A DNA stretch of 64,000 nucleotides from Nitriliruptoraceae bacterium (GTDB lineage: Bacteria; Actinomycetota; Nitriliruptoria; Nitriliruptorales; Nitriliruptoraceae), in the NCBI GenBank assembly GCA_007130695.1, contig SLRZ01000120.1:2408-66407 (forward strand), given 5' to 3'. Positions 1 through 9,988 of the stretch are shown in pieces; position 1 is the first letter of the stretch, and every line of letters starts with the position of its first letter. Under the pieces are notes generated by a model, which was not told where the DNA came from, did not search any database, and saw nothing but the letters and a program-made list of their open reading frames with translations. The translations under genes were made by a program, and so were the position numbers.

Positions 1-1
1 C

Positions 2-1810
2 AACCGCGAGGCCGAACGGCTGCTCCGTCGGACGCGCGAGGAGCTGCTGGGGCGGCGGTTCTGGGCCGAGTTCCCCGACATCATCGGCACGGAGGCGGAG
101 ACCGCCTATCGCCGCGCGATGACCGAGGATGTGACCACCGTCCTCGAGGACTTCCACTACCCGCCGCTCGGCGGCTGGTTCGAGATCCACGCCTATCCGT
201 CCGAGCAGGGCCTGGCGGTCTACTTCCGCGACGTGACCGAGCAGCACCGGGCGCGTGAGGTGCTGCGTGAGCGCGAGCAGCAGCTGGCACAGCAGGCCGA
301 ACTGCTGGACAAGGCCCGCGACGCGATCCTGGTAAGCGACCTCGACCACCGCATCACCTACTTCAACCGCAGCGCGGAACTGCTCTACGGCTACTCCGCC
401 GAGGAGGCGCTGGGCCGTTCCGTCCGCGACCTGCTGTATGGGGATCCGGCGGAGTTCGACCGTGCGACGGCCGAGCTGCTGGAGCACGACGAATGGGCCG
501 GCGAACTCGGCCACGTCGCCGGGGACGGCACGAGGCTGCTCATCGAGGCGCGCTGGACCCTGGTCCGCGACGACGACGGCACCGCCCAGTCGGTTCTCGC
601 GATCAACAGCGACGTCACCGAACGCAAGCGCGTCGAGCAGCAGCTGCTGCGGGCCCAACGCCTGGAGAGCCTCGGCACCCTGGCCGGCGGGATCGCCCAC
701 GACCTCAACAACGTGCTCGCCCCCATCCTGCTGTCGGTGCAGACGCTGCAGCTCTCCCAGGCCGACCCCAGCACCTCGGCGATGCTCTCGCTCATCGAGC
801 AGAGCACGGTCCGCGGTGCCGACATGGTCCGCCAGGTGCTGTCCTTCGCGCGGGGCGTCGACGGGCAGCGCGTCGAGGTCGCGCTCGACGCCGTCCTCGA
901 CGACGTGGTGGCCATCGCCCGCGACACCTTCCCCAAGGACATCCGCATCCAGCGCGAACCCGCCATCGGGGTGTGGCCGGTGCTCGGTGACGTCACCCAG
1001 GTACACCAGGTCGTGATGAACCTGTGCATCAATGCGCGCGATGCGATGCCCGACGGCGGCACCCTGCGACTTGGACTCGAGAACGTGACCATCGACGAGC
1101 ACTATGCGGCGCGTGACCACACCGCCGCCCCCGGCCGTTACGTGCTGATCCGGGTGGAGGACGACGGGGTCGGCATGGACCAGCCGACGATCGACCGGCT
1201 CTTCGAGCCGTTCTTCACCACCAAGGCGCACGGGGAGGGCACCGGCCTCGGCCTGCCCACCTCCCGGGGCATCGTCGCCAGCCACGGCGGGTTCTTCCAG
1301 GTCTACAGCGAGCCCGGCGTGGGCAGCTCCTTCAAGGTCTACCTCCCCGTGGCCGCCGTCGGCGAACGCATCGCCGACCTCTCCACGTGGGAGGAGCCGC
1401 TGCCGCGCGGGGACGGGCAACTCGTCCTCCTCGTCGACGACGAGCCCGCCACCCGCGAGGTCACCCGACGCACCCTGGAGACCTTCGGCTACCGGGTGCT
1501 CGACGCGCAGGACGGCACCGAGGCCGTCCCGCTCCTCGAGGAGCACCGCGCGGAGGTCGACCTGCTGCTCACCGACATGATGATGCCGAACATGGACGGC
1601 CCCGCGACCATCGAGGCCGCCCTGCACCGGCGGCCCGACCTGCCGGTCATCGCGGTCAGCGGTCTGACCGCCAGCCGCGAGGTCTCCCGGGCGGCGGACC
1701 TCGGCGTCACGCACTTCCTGCCCAAGCCCTACCCGGCGGCGACGCTGCTGGGCACCATCCAGGAGCTGCTCGCCGCGCACGACGCGTCCCGCCCGGGCCA
1801 CGCCCCCTGA
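2..1810 (+). CDS. Hybrid sensor histidine kinase / response regulator with PAS domains; 5' end lies upstream of the window
   Basis: The frame is open from nt 2, with no stop before the listed ATG at 119, and already reads PAS-like sequence (GRRFWAEFP). H-box GIAHDLNNVL. ATPase boxes DDGVGM and GTGLGL. C-terminal receiver (LVDDEP...TDMMMPNMDG...LPKP). Confidence 0.9.
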   Translation, partial: NREAERLLRRTREELLGRRFWAEFPDIIGTEAETAYRRAMTEDVTTVLEDFHYPPLGGWFEIHAYPSEQGLAVYFRDVTEQHRAREVLREREQQLAQQAELLDKARDAILVSDLDHRITYFNRSAELLYGYSAEEALGRSVRDLLYGDPAEFDRATAELLEHDEWAGELGHVAGDGTRLLIEARWTLVRDDDGTAQSVLAINSDVTERKRVEQQLLRAQRLESLGTLAGGIAHDLNNVLAPILLSVQTLQLSQADPSTSAMLSLIEQSTVRGADMVRQVLSFARGVDGQRVEVALDAVLDDVVAIARDTFPKDIRIQREPAIGVWPVLGDVTQVHQVVMNLCINARDAMPDGGTLRLGLENVTIDEHYAARDHTAAPGRYVLIRVEDDGVGMDQPTIDRLFEPFFTTKAHGEGTGLGLPTSRGIVASHGGFFQVYSEPGVGSSFKVYLPVAAVGERIADLSTWEEPLPRGDGQLVLLVDDEPATREVTRRTLETFGYRVLDAQDGTEAVPLLEEHRAEVDLLLTDMMMPNMDGPATIEAALHRRPDLPVIAVSGLTASREVSRAADLGVTHFLPKPYPAATLLGTIQELLAAHDASRPGHAP

Positions 1811-1887
1811 CCGTCTCGGCGCACGGGCCGCCGATCCGTGGGCCGTGGCGCCGTGTAGGGTCGCCGGGCGAGCGAGAGGAGACCCCC

Positions 1888-2313
1888 ATGCCCCGTATCG
1901 TCGTCGGTGTCGACGGCTCCGAGCACGCGGGCCGTGCCGTGCGCTGGGCCGTGGAGGAGGCCCGTCTGCGTGGTGCCGAGCTCGAGCTCATCCACGCGGT
2001 CCCGGAGCGCGACATGCCGGGCTACCCGGGCGTTCCCACGCCGCCGCCGCTGGAGGACCTGCGGGCGGCCGGCATCGAGCTGATCGACGAGTCGCTCGAG
2101 GGTGTGCGCACAGGGCAGGTGGGTATCGAGCGCACCGCGGAGAGCGGCAGTCCCGCGCGCCGGCTGTGCAAGGCCGCGGAGGGCGCCGACCTCCTGGTCG
2201 TCGGGGCCCGCGGTTATGGCGGCTTCCGTGGCCTGCTGCTCGGCTCGGTCACCCAGCAGGTCGTGGCCCACGCTCCCTGCCCGGTCGTGGTGGTCGTTCC
2301 CGAGGACCGCTGA
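1888..2313 (+). CDS. Universal stress protein (single USP domain, 141 aa)
   Basis: ATG at 1888 is preceded by GAGAGGAG. MPRIVVGVDGSEHAGRAVRWA...LLVVGARGYGGFRGLLLGSVTQQVVAHAPCPVVVV is the classic USP pattern. Confidence 0.85.
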   Translation: MPRIVVGVDGSEHAGRAVRWAVEEARLRGAELELIHAVPERDMPGYPGVPTPPPLEDLRAAGIELIDESLEGVRTGQVGIERTAESGSPARRLCKAAEGADLLVVGARGYGGFRGLLLGSVTQQVVAHAPCPVVVVVPEDR

Positions 2314-2326
2314 CCCGGAGGCCGGG

Positions 2327-3496
2327 TCAGTCGACGCGGGTGCCCGCTGGCAACAGCACCCGGAACGAGGACCCGCCGCCCGCCCGGTCCTCCACCCAGG
2401 CCCGGCCACCGTGCAGCCGGGCGAATTCGGCGACCAGCGACAGGCCCACGCCGGTGCCCGGGGCGGGCGAGGCGTCGTCGACCCGGAAGAAGGGTTCGAA
2501 GATCGCCTCCTGCAGGTGGGCTGGCACGCCGCTGCCCTCGTCGTCGACGGTGAGCAGCAGCCCACCGGACCCGGCGTCCAGGCCCGCCCGCACGATGATC
2601 GGGGTGTCCGGGGGGCTGTACTTCACGGCGTTGGTCAGCAGGTTCTCCAGGATCCGCTCGACCTGGGCCGGATCCACCGCCGCCGGCAGGCGCTCCGGCA
2701 GCTCGGCGACGACCCTCCGGCCGCCGGTGGCGCTGCGCGCGATGACCTCCCGGCACAGGTTCGCGAGATCGATCACCTGCCGGTCGGCCACGATCGTGCC
2801 GCGGGTCAGGCGGTCGATGTCCAGCAGGTCACCGAGCAGGCCGTCCAGGCGCTGCGCGTTGCGGGCCAGGCGGGTCGCGAGCAGCTCGATCTGGGTCGGC
2901 GACAACTGGGATGCCCGGTCCTCGAGCGTCTCGGCGAGCCCCCGGACCACCGTCAGCGGGGTGCGCAACTCGTGCGAGATGGCGCGGATGAAGGCGTTCT
3001 TGATCTCGGCGACCTCGCGGAGCCGCGCAGCCGCCTCCTGCTCGTGCTCGAGCGCGCGGCGGACCGCCTGCTCCGCCGCCCGGCGTTGGCTGGCCCCGCG
3101 GACGGCGGCGACCACGAACTGGCGGCCGGCGGAACGGATCGGGGACAGGCTGATGTCGACCGCGATCTCGGAGCCGTCGCGGTGGCGGAGCATGATGTCC
3201 TGCTGGGAACCCATGGGGCGGGACCGGGCGTCCGCCTCGAAGCCGCCGCGGACCCGGACGTGGCCCTCGCGTCGCGCGACCGGAACCAGGATCTCGATCG
3301 GTTCGCCGACGAGTTCGGTGGGTTGGTAGCCGGCGAGCCGGAGGATCGGCTGGCTGGCGAGAACGATCAGCCCGTTCTCGTCCACCACGACGATGACGTC
3401 GGGAAGCGCATCGAGGAGGACCCGCAGTCCCGCGTCGATCTCCAGGACGCCGGCGAGTTGGTCGAGCAGCTCGTGGTCGAGCCCGGGACCCTCCAT
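2327..3496 (-). CDS. PAS-domain sensor histidine kinase
   Basis: ATG at 3496 has GGAGGAA 8 nt upstream. N-terminal PAS-like domain, H-box ISHELRTPLT, HATPase boxes (DDEGSGV, GTGVGLSLV). Confidence 0.9.
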   Translation of the reverse strand: MEGPGLDHELLDQLAGVLEIDAGLRVLLDALPDVIVVVDENGLIVLASQPILRLAGYQPTELVGEPIEILVPVARREGHVRVRGGFEADARSRPMGSQQDIMLRHRDGSEIAVDISLSPIRSAGRQFVVAAVRGASQRRAAEQAVRRALEHEQEAAARLREVAEIKNAFIRAISHELRTPLTVVRGLAETLEDRASQLSPTQIELLATRLARNAQRLDGLLGDLLDIDRLTRGTIVADRQVIDLANLCREVIARSATGGRRVVAELPERLPAAVDPAQVERILENLLTNAVKYSPPDTPIIVRAGLDAGSGGLLLTVDDEGSGVPAHLQEAIFEPFFRVDDASPAPGTGVGLSLVAEFARLHGGRAWVEDRAGGGSSFRVLLPAGTRVD

Positions 3497-3674
3497 GGGG
3501 CGCGTTCCTCCAGGGTCGTCCAGTCCAGGGTCCGCCGAAGGTCGGCTCGCGGCTAGGGCCCCAAGTCCCCTCCGGGGGCCTCGCCCGACGGGTACGAAGT
3601 CCGTGTCGCCGGCCCCTCCATCGTGGCATGCTCGGTGTCGACGCCGCCACTGGCGTGGCGTCGCAGGAGGACGT

Positions 3675-4166
3675 GTGACGGTCGACCGGTCCAGTCAGCA
3701 CCCCCGTGGCCCGTGGCCCGGTCTCGTCGTCGGTGTCGACGGCTCGGCGCCCTCGCAGCGGGCGTTGGAATGGGCCCTGGGGATCGCTCCGCGGCTCGGG
3801 GTCGGTGTGCTGGCCCTGCAGGTCAGCGACGACGTCTACACCGCGGCCGAGAAGGGGTTCTGTACCCGCGGGCAGGCCGAGGAGTGGACGGCGCAGGCCC
3901 GCAGTGACGGCCTGACGATGCTCAGCCGGCAGCTGGACGAACTCGGCTACGAGCCGGGTGAGCCCGAGGTGGAGCTCGAGGTCGTCCCGGGACAACCTGC
4001 CGAGGTGCTGCTGCGACGTTCGTCAGCGGCGGAGATGCTCGTGCTCGGGCCTCGTGGCCTCGGGCGGCTGCGGCAGGTCCTCGGGTCCGTCAGCCGGACC
4101 TGTCTGCAGCACGCCACCTGCCCGGTGGTGATCGTTCCCGACACCGACGGGGAACGGCGGGGGTGA
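3675..4166 (+). CDS. Universal stress protein
   Basis: In-frame GTG at 3675 is preceded by GCAGGAGGA. GLVVGVDGSAPSQRALEWA...MLVLGPRGLGRLRQVLGSVSRTCLQHATCPVVIVP. The R/P-rich part of ORF 3393..4166 upstream of the GTG is discarded. Confidence 0.75.
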   Translation: MTVDRSSQHPRGPWPGLVVGVDGSAPSQRALEWALGIAPRLGVGVLALQVSDDVYTAAEKGFCTRGQAEEWTAQARSDGLTMLSRQLDELGYEPGEPEVELEVVPGQPAEVLLRRSSAAEMLVLGPRGLGRLRQVLGSVSRTCLQHATCPVVIVPDTDGERRG

Positions 4167-4303
4167 CCCGCGTCCGCGGTGCGCGCCCGATCGGATCCCC
4201 CGCACGGTGACCTGCCCGGACGTCCGTTCGTGCCCACGCCCGCGCTGGATACCTTGCGGCCGGACTCGTCCGGAGACCGAGCGACCGCAGCCGAGAGGCC
4301 ACC

Positions 4304-6397
4304 GTGACCCCGAGCCCATCCTCCGACCCCGCCCCCGGTGCGCCGACGAACCGGCTGGACCGGGAGAGCTCGCCCTACCTGCGCCAGCACCGGCGCAACC
4401 CCGTGGACTGGTACCCGTGGGGCGATGAGGCGTTCGAACAGGCCCGGCGGCGGGACGTCCCGATCTTCCTGTCCGTCGGGTATTCGTCCTGTCACTGGTG
4501 CCACGTGATGGCGCACGAGTCCTTCGAGGACGATGAGGTCGCCGCGGCGCTGAACGAACACTTCGTCAACGTCAAGGTCGACCGCGAGGAACGGCCCGAC
4601 GTCGACGCCGTCTACATGGCGGCGGTGACCGGAATGACCGGCCACGGTGGCTGGCCGATGAGCGTGTTCCTCACCCCGGACGGGGAGCCCTTCTACGCCG
4701 GCACGTACTGGCCCCGTGCGCCCCGTCACGGGATGCCCGCTTTCCCGCAGGTGCTCGCGGCGGTGGCCGACGCGTGGGAACAGCGGCGGGGGGAGGTGCT
4801 GGAGTCCGCGTCGTCGATCGCGGCGTCCCTTGCCGGTGCGGCCGAGACCGAGGCGGCCGACCGGGTGGACCCATCAGTCGCCGACGAGGCCGCGCCCGCG
4901 GTGGTCGAGGGCGCGTGGGACCGGCGGCACGGCGGGTTCGGGTCGGCCCCGAAGTTCCCCCAGGCCATGACCATCGAATGGCTGCTGGAACGGCACGTGC
5001 GCACGGGCGAGGCCGGGCCCCTTCAGGCCGCGGTGCACTCGCTGCGGGCGATGGCCGGGGGTGGGATCCACGACCAGCTCGCCGGTGGCTTCGCCCGCTA
5101 TTCGACCGACGTCCGCTGGCTGGTGCCCCACTTCGAGAAGATGCTCTACGACAACGCCCTGCTGCTGGCCGCCTATGCGAGCGGGGCCGCGGTGACCGGG
5201 GACGAGGACCTCCACCGCGTCGCGGAGTCCACCGCCAGCTACCTGCTCACCGAGCTGCGCACCGCCGACGGCGGGTTCGTCGCCGCGACCGACGCCGACA
5301 GTGAAGGGGTGGAGGGCCGCTACTTCGTGTGGTCGGCCGAGGAGTTCGCCGAGGTCGTCACCGAAGTGGGCGAGGAGCCCGGGCTGTTCGCTGAGTTCTG
5401 CGGGGTCGACCCGGCAGGCAACTGGGAGGGCGTCAACGTCCTGCACCGTCCCGTGGACCGGGTGAGCTTCGCGCGGACCCACGACCTCGCCCCCGAGGAC
5501 TTCGACGAGCGGTGGGAGCGCGTGCGGGCCGCGCTGCTCGCCCGCCGGGCCGAACGGGTGCCACCGGAGGTCGACACCAAGGTGCTGACCTCGTGGAACG
5601 CCCTCGCGGTCCGGGCACTGGTCCGCGCCGGGGTGCTGCTCGAACAGCCGGGTTGGGTGACCGCGGCCGCCACGACCGCGCACCTGCTCCACGACCGACT
5701 GACGGTGGACGGCCGGCTGCACCACGTCCTCACCGACGGCCGGGTGAGCGTGCCGGCCTTCCTGGAGGACGTGGCCTGCCTGGCGCTGGCCGACCTCGAA
5801 CTGTTCTGCGCCACGGGCGAGGATGTCTGGTTCGAGCGGGCGCTGGCACTGGCCGAGGACGCCGAGGCGCGCTTCCACGACGACGGGCAGGGCGGTTGGT
5901 TCCAGACCGCCGAGGACGCGGAAGCGCTCTACACGCGCCCCAAGGACAGCTGGGACAACGCGACCCCCGCGGGCACCAGCGTGATGGTCGAGGTCTGCCG
6001 GGTGCTGGCGGGGCTCACCGGGGAGGCCCGTTGGCACGAGCGTGCCATGGAGGGGATTCGGCTCTTCCAACAGAGCGCCCGGCGGATGCCGACCGGCTAT
6101 GGCTGGCTGCTGCGCCAGCTCGAGGCGGTCGCCGCCGGCCCGCGCGAGGTCGCCGTCGTCGGGCGTCCCGGGCCGCAGCGCGACGTGCTGGCACGCGTCG
6201 CCACCGACCGGCCCCGTCCGGGGACGGTCACGGTCGTCACCGAACCCCGCGAGCAGCCGGCGGCCCCGCTACTCCTGGGGCGCGGTGAGGTCGACGGTCG
6301 TCCGGCGGCCTACGTGTGCCGGCACCTGGCCTGCGAACGGCCGACGGTGGACCCGGCCGCCCTCGACGCGCAACTGAACGACGTGGACGGTCCGTGA
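4304..6397 (+). CDS. Thioredoxin-domain protein of the YyaL / DUF255 family (N-terminal thioredoxin-like fold plus alpha/alpha-toroid)
   Basis: [55 protein letters not shown] is the family signature. 697 aa, GTG start. Confidence 0.9.
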   Translation: MTPSPSSDPAPGAPTNRLDRESSPYLRQHRRNPVDWYPWGDEAFEQARRRDVPIFLSVGYSSCHWCHVMAHESFEDDEVAAALNEHFVNVKVDREERPDVDAVYMAAVTGMTGHGGWPMSVFLTPDGEPFYAGTYWPRAPRHGMPAFPQVLAAVADAWEQRRGEVLESASSIAASLAGAAETEAADRVDPSVADEAAPAVVEGAWDRRHGGFGSAPKFPQAMTIEWLLERHVRTGEAGPLQAAVHSLRAMAGGGIHDQLAGGFARYSTDVRWLVPHFEKMLYDNALLLAAYASGAAVTGDEDLHRVAESTASYLLTELRTADGGFVAATDADSEGVEGRYFVWSAEEFAEVVTEVGEEPGLFAEFCGVDPAGNWEGVNVLHRPVDRVSFARTHDLAPEDFDERWERVRAALLARRAERVPPEVDTKVLTSWNALAVRALVRAGVLLEQPGWVTAAATTAHLLHDRLTVDGRLHHVLTDGRVSVPAFLEDVACLALADLELFCATGEDVWFERALALAEDAEARFHDDGQGGWFQTAEDAEALYTRPKDSWDNATPAGTSVMVEVCRVLAGLTGEARWHERAMEGIRLFQQSARRMPTGYGWLLRQLEAVAAGPREVAVVGRPGPQRDVLARVATDRPRPGTVTVVTEPREQPAAPLLLGRGEVDGRPAAYVCRHLACERPTVDPAALDAQLNDVDGP

Positions 6398-6445
6398 TCC
6401 CGGCTGTTCTATCCTGGCGGGCCTGAGGCCACGAAAGGGTCGCGT

Positions 6446-7396
6446 GTGGAGTTCCACGAGGACTGGGGCGAGCGCTGCGGGCGCTGGGGTGGCGTGCGCA
6501 GCGAGGTACTCGATGTCCACGGCACACGGGTGCACACGCTGCGCAGCGACGGTCCCGAGGACCGCACCGGCCACCTGCTGGTCCACGGCCTGGGTGGGGC
6601 GGCGACCAACTGGCTCGAGGTCATGCCCGCCATCGCGCGCCTGGGCCCCGTCGTGGCGCCCGACCTCCCCGGTTTCGGACGGACCCGGCCGCCGCGGCCG
6701 GGGGCCAGCCGGGTGGGAGTCAACACCCGGTTCCTGCGGGCGCTGATGGACCGGCTGGGCTGGGAGCGCGCGGTGGTCCACGGCAACTCGATGGGAGGGA
6801 TGCTCGGCATCCTGCTGGGCGACCTCGCGCCCGAGCGCGTCGAGCGCCTGGTGCTGGCGAGCCCGGCGCTGCCGAGCCCCCGCAGCGAGATGCACCGCAC
6901 CTCGCCCCGCACCCTGGCCCGGTTCGCCCCGTTCGTGCTCCCGGGCCTCGGCAAGGTCGTGCTCTCGCGCATGTGGGCCCGCACCACCCCGGAGCAGCTG
7001 TGGCAGGAGACCCTCGAGTTCGTCCACGCCGATCCGCAGCGGGTCCGCCCGGAGTTCCGCGAGGTGGGTCTGGCCAACGTCGTCTTCGGCCGTGACCAGC
7101 CCTGGCGCGTCGACGGCATGGCCACGGCCGCGGAGTCACTGGTCGCCAGGCTCATGCGCTCCGGGAGCCTGTGGCGCGCCGTGGGGGAGCTCGAGGCGCC
7201 CACGCTGCTGCTGTGGGGCGAGGAGGACCGGTTGGTGGGACGCCCGGTCTTCGACGAGGCCCGTCGCCGCCGTCCGGACTGGGACCACGTCGTCTTCGAG
7301 GGCACGGGCCACTGCCCGCAGATCGAGATCCCGGAGCGCTACGTCGACGCGGTCGCCTCGTGGAGTCCCGCCGGCTCCGGGCGGTTGAGCGCCTGA
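6446..7396 (+). CDS. Alpha/beta-fold hydrolase
   Basis: HGLGGAATNW oxyanion region, GNSMGG nucleophile elbow, C-terminal GTGHCPQIE (catalytic His). Confidence 0.85.
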   Translation: MEFHEDWGERCGRWGGVRSEVLDVHGTRVHTLRSDGPEDRTGHLLVHGLGGAATNWLEVMPAIARLGPVVAPDLPGFGRTRPPRPGASRVGVNTRFLRALMDRLGWERAVVHGNSMGGMLGILLGDLAPERVERLVLASPALPSPRSEMHRTSPRTLARFAPFVLPGLGKVVLSRMWARTTPEQLWQETLEFVHADPQRVRPEFREVGLANVVFGRDQPWRVDGMATAAESLVARLMRSGSLWRAVGELEAPTLLLWGEEDRLVGRPVFDEARRRRPDWDHVVFEGTGHCPQIEIPERYVDAVASWSPAGSGRLSA

Positions 7397-7424
7397 GCCA
7401 CCGCCGCCGCGGGTGGGCGGGGTC

Positions 7425-8678
7425 TCAGTGGCTCCGGTCCAGGCGGTCGAGCCAGTCGAGCAGTACCTCGTTGGTGCGCTCGGGCAGTTCGAACTGGGGC
7501 ACGTGACCGACGTCCTCCCACAGCTCGACCCGGGCGGCCGGAACGGCACGCTGGACGCGCTCGGCGTACTCGCAGCTGACGAGGTTGTCGTGGCGGCCGA
7601 AGATCCAGTAGCTCGGCACCGACAGGCCCTCGAAGCGACGCCAGAAGCCCTTGCGACCGGTGGCGCGCTCGCAGCCCAGGCGCCGGGCGCAGGCCAGCAG
7701 CGCGAGTCGGTAGCCGCGGTCGCCGAGCCCGGTGAGCGCCTCCTCGGCGGCGGCGCGCAGGTTGGCCGCCGGAACGCGGGTCGGGTCGTGGAACATGTCG
7801 CGGATCAGGCCCTCGACCCAGGCGCGGCGCATCGGGAAGGGTGCCACGCCGGCCCACTGGGGCTGCAGCAGGCGCAGGACGTTACCCAGCCGCTGGTACT
7901 CGTCGAAGGCGACCGCCGAGCCCAGGCCGACGACCGAGCGCACCGAGCGGGGGTGTCGGAGCGCGAGTTCGAGCGCGATGCGGCCACCCATCGAGTTGCC
8001 GACGACGTGGACCTCGCGGAGACGGTTGCGCACGATGTAGCCGTGCACCTGGTCGGCCATCCAGGCCATCGAGTACCGCCGGCCGGCGGGCAGGGGCCGG
8101 TCGGACTTGCCGAAGCCGGGCAGGTCGAGGGCGTGGACCTCGTGGTCGTCGGCGAGCCCGTCGAAGGTGGGCAGGAACGACACCTTGCTGGCGCCCAGGC
8201 CGTGCAGCAGCAGCACCGGGGTCCCGGTCCCGGACACGACGGACTCGAGCACGTTGCCGCGAACCCGGGTGCGTCTGGTCTGGACCGCCCTGGTCGCACC
8301 GGGCCCGGGGTGGAACAGCGTCTCCAGCCGCAGGGCCAGGTTGAGGTCGCCCTCGACCTGCAGGTGGCCCCGGAGGAAGGCGGAGATCCCGTCGGTGCGC
8401 CCGTCGACGAGGTCGACCCAGGTGGTCGGGTCGGTGGACAGCGACGCGGTCGGGTGCTCCACGGCCCCCGGCGAGACCAGACAGTGCTCGCCGCGCACGT
8501 GGATCGTGGTGGGGCCCCGCCCGGCGACGTCGACGACCCAGGTGGCGTCGACGTCGGTCGCTTCCTCGGGCCGGAAGCGCTCCGCCATCCGCAGGAAGGA
8601 GGACCGGACCTCCTCGAGCGGGTCGTCCGCGGCGGCGCGTAGCTGGCGCGGAGCCTGGTGTTGGCGGATCTCGGTCAC
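7425..8678 (-). CDS. SCP2 sterol-carrier-like domain fused to an alpha/beta-fold hydrolase
   Basis: The N-terminal ~110 aa end in FLRGHLQVEGDLNLALRLETLF (SCP2-like). Then LLHGLGASK, GNSMGG and VGHVPQFE. GTG start has GGGAG upstream. Confidence 0.8.
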   Translation of the reverse strand: MTEIRQHQAPRQLRAAADDPLEEVRSSFLRMAERFRPEEATDVDATWVVDVAGRGPTTIHVRGEHCLVSPGAVEHPTASLSTDPTTWVDLVDGRTDGISAFLRGHLQVEGDLNLALRLETLFHPGPGATRAVQTRRTRVRGNVLESVVSGTGTPVLLLHGLGASKVSFLPTFDGLADDHEVHALDLPGFGKSDRPLPAGRRYSMAWMADQVHGYIVRNRLREVHVVGNSMGGRIALELALRHPRSVRSVVGLGSAVAFDEYQRLGNVLRLLQPQWAGVAPFPMRRAWVEGLIRDMFHDPTRVPAANLRAAAEEALTGLGDRGYRLALLACARRLGCERATGRKGFWRRFEGLSVPSYWIFGRHDNLVSCEYAERVQRAVPAARVELWEDVGHVPQFELPERTNEVLLDWLDRLDRSH

Positions 8679-8828
8679 CTGCTACTCCCGTCCGGCCCGT
8701 CGATCGGGGTTGCTGTCAACCCCCGCATCGTCCGGTCCGTGTCCGGTGATGTCCTTCTCGCTGCAACAGCCTATGTGCTGTTGTTCCACGAAATCGGCCT
8801 TTGGGACCACTATCTGAAGGACTCCGTC

Positions 8829-8849
8829 GAACGGCGGGGGTGTCCGTTC
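8829..8849 (-). terminator. Hairpin downstream of the Fic gene (GAACGG-9 nt-CCGTTC)
   Basis: Perfect 6-bp stem, extendable to 7-8 bp, about 60 nt after the Fic stop on the minus strand. No clear U-tract. Confidence 0.3.
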
Positions 8850-8908
8850 GGCCGCCGTGTAGTCACTTCTGGAGGGCACCCGGAGCGCGGATCGCGTCCG
8901 TGGGGTCT

Positions 8909-9988
8909 TCAGGCCTCGAGGGGGAGGCGCTCGAAGCGCAGCCCGCGCGAACCGGGCACCCGGCGGATGCGTCCCGTGTCGAGCAGCGCCTGCAGGTCCG
9001 AGCGGGCCTCCTGGGGCTCGGCGACGGCCTGGGCGCGGTAGTCCGCCACCGTGAACGCCGGCCCGTCGAGCCCGTCGAGGTAGGTCGACGCGCGGCCGGG
9101 GACCGGGGTGTCGAGGACGCCGAGGCGGCGCGCGCTGTCGCGCAGGCCGGCCGTCACGGCCTCCGCCCACCGCTCGAGCCAGATGCTGGCGTCCTGCCGT
9201 CGACGGGTGCTGGCCACCTCCTCGTGGTAGCCCAGCGCGTCGCTGGCGAGCGTGGGTTCGGGACAGGCGAGGCCGTCGGGGTCGAGCCCCCTGGCGCGCA
9301 GCACGAGCCGGGCCGCCGTGCGTGCAAGCCGGCCGTTGGCCGCGTCGTAGGGGTGGATGCGCAGCAGCTCGAGGTGGAGGATGCCGCTGGCGACCACCGC
9401 GTGTTCCCGCGATCCGGTCGAGGCCAGCCAGGTACCCAGCAGAGCGAGCTCGGCGGGCACGTGGGCGGGGTCGGAGGCGAAGAACAGGATGCGGCCGACG
9501 CTCGCGTCGTGCACCGCCTGGTCGACCTCGCGGGGCAGGCCGCCGCGGCCCTCGGCGACCAGCCCGAGCGTCAGCCGGCGGTGCAACTCACCCAGTGCGT
9601 CGACGGTGTCGACCAGCAGGCGCTCGGCGAGATCGTTGGAGCCGAGCCCGGCCCGCACCCCGAGGCACTCCTGGGCCTGCACCTGCTCGTCGGGGGCGTC
9701 TTCGATGCTGCGCATCGTGTCGATCCAGGTTCCCCGACGCTGCTCCTGCTCAGGGGCGGCCACGAGGGCGGACGCGGCCTCGGGGTCCGGTAGCTGGAGC
9801 AGCGGGGAGCCGTCGAGCTGGAGACTGGCCAGGACCGCCTCGTCCTCCCGCTGGCGCGCGAGCCGTCGCCGGTCCGCCGGGTCGGAAGCCCGCAGCGTTC
9901 CCACGAGCCGCTCGGCCTCGGCGACCAGTTCGACGAGGTGTGGCGTACGGCCGAAGGTGGGGGCGGGGCCGGTCCGTCTCACGTCCAC
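8909..9988 (-). CDS. Fic/DOC family protein with a degenerate Fic motif and a C-terminal winged-helix-like tail
   Basis: Motif HPYDAANGRLAR (nt 9320-9355), compared with canonical HxFx(D/E)GNGRxxR. Start is GTG at 9988, or GTG at 9982 which forms a GTGA overlap with the upstream HAD stop. Confidence 0.8.
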   Translation of the reverse strand: MDVRRTGPAPTFGRTPHLVELVAEAERLVGTLRASDPADRRRLARQREDEAVLASLQLDGSPLLQLPDPEAASALVAAPEQEQRRGTWIDTMRSIEDAPDEQVQAQECLGVRAGLGSNDLAERLLVDTVDALGELHRRLTLGLVAEGRGGLPREVDQAVHDASVGRILFFASDPAHVPAELALLGTWLASTGSREHAVVASGILHLELLRIHPYDAANGRLARTAARLVLRARGLDPDGLACPEPTLASDALGYHEEVASTRRRQDASIWLERWAEAVTAGLRDSARRLGVLDTPVPGRASTYLDGLDGPAFTVADYRAQAVAEPQEARSDLQALLDTGRIRRVPGSRGLRFERLPLEA

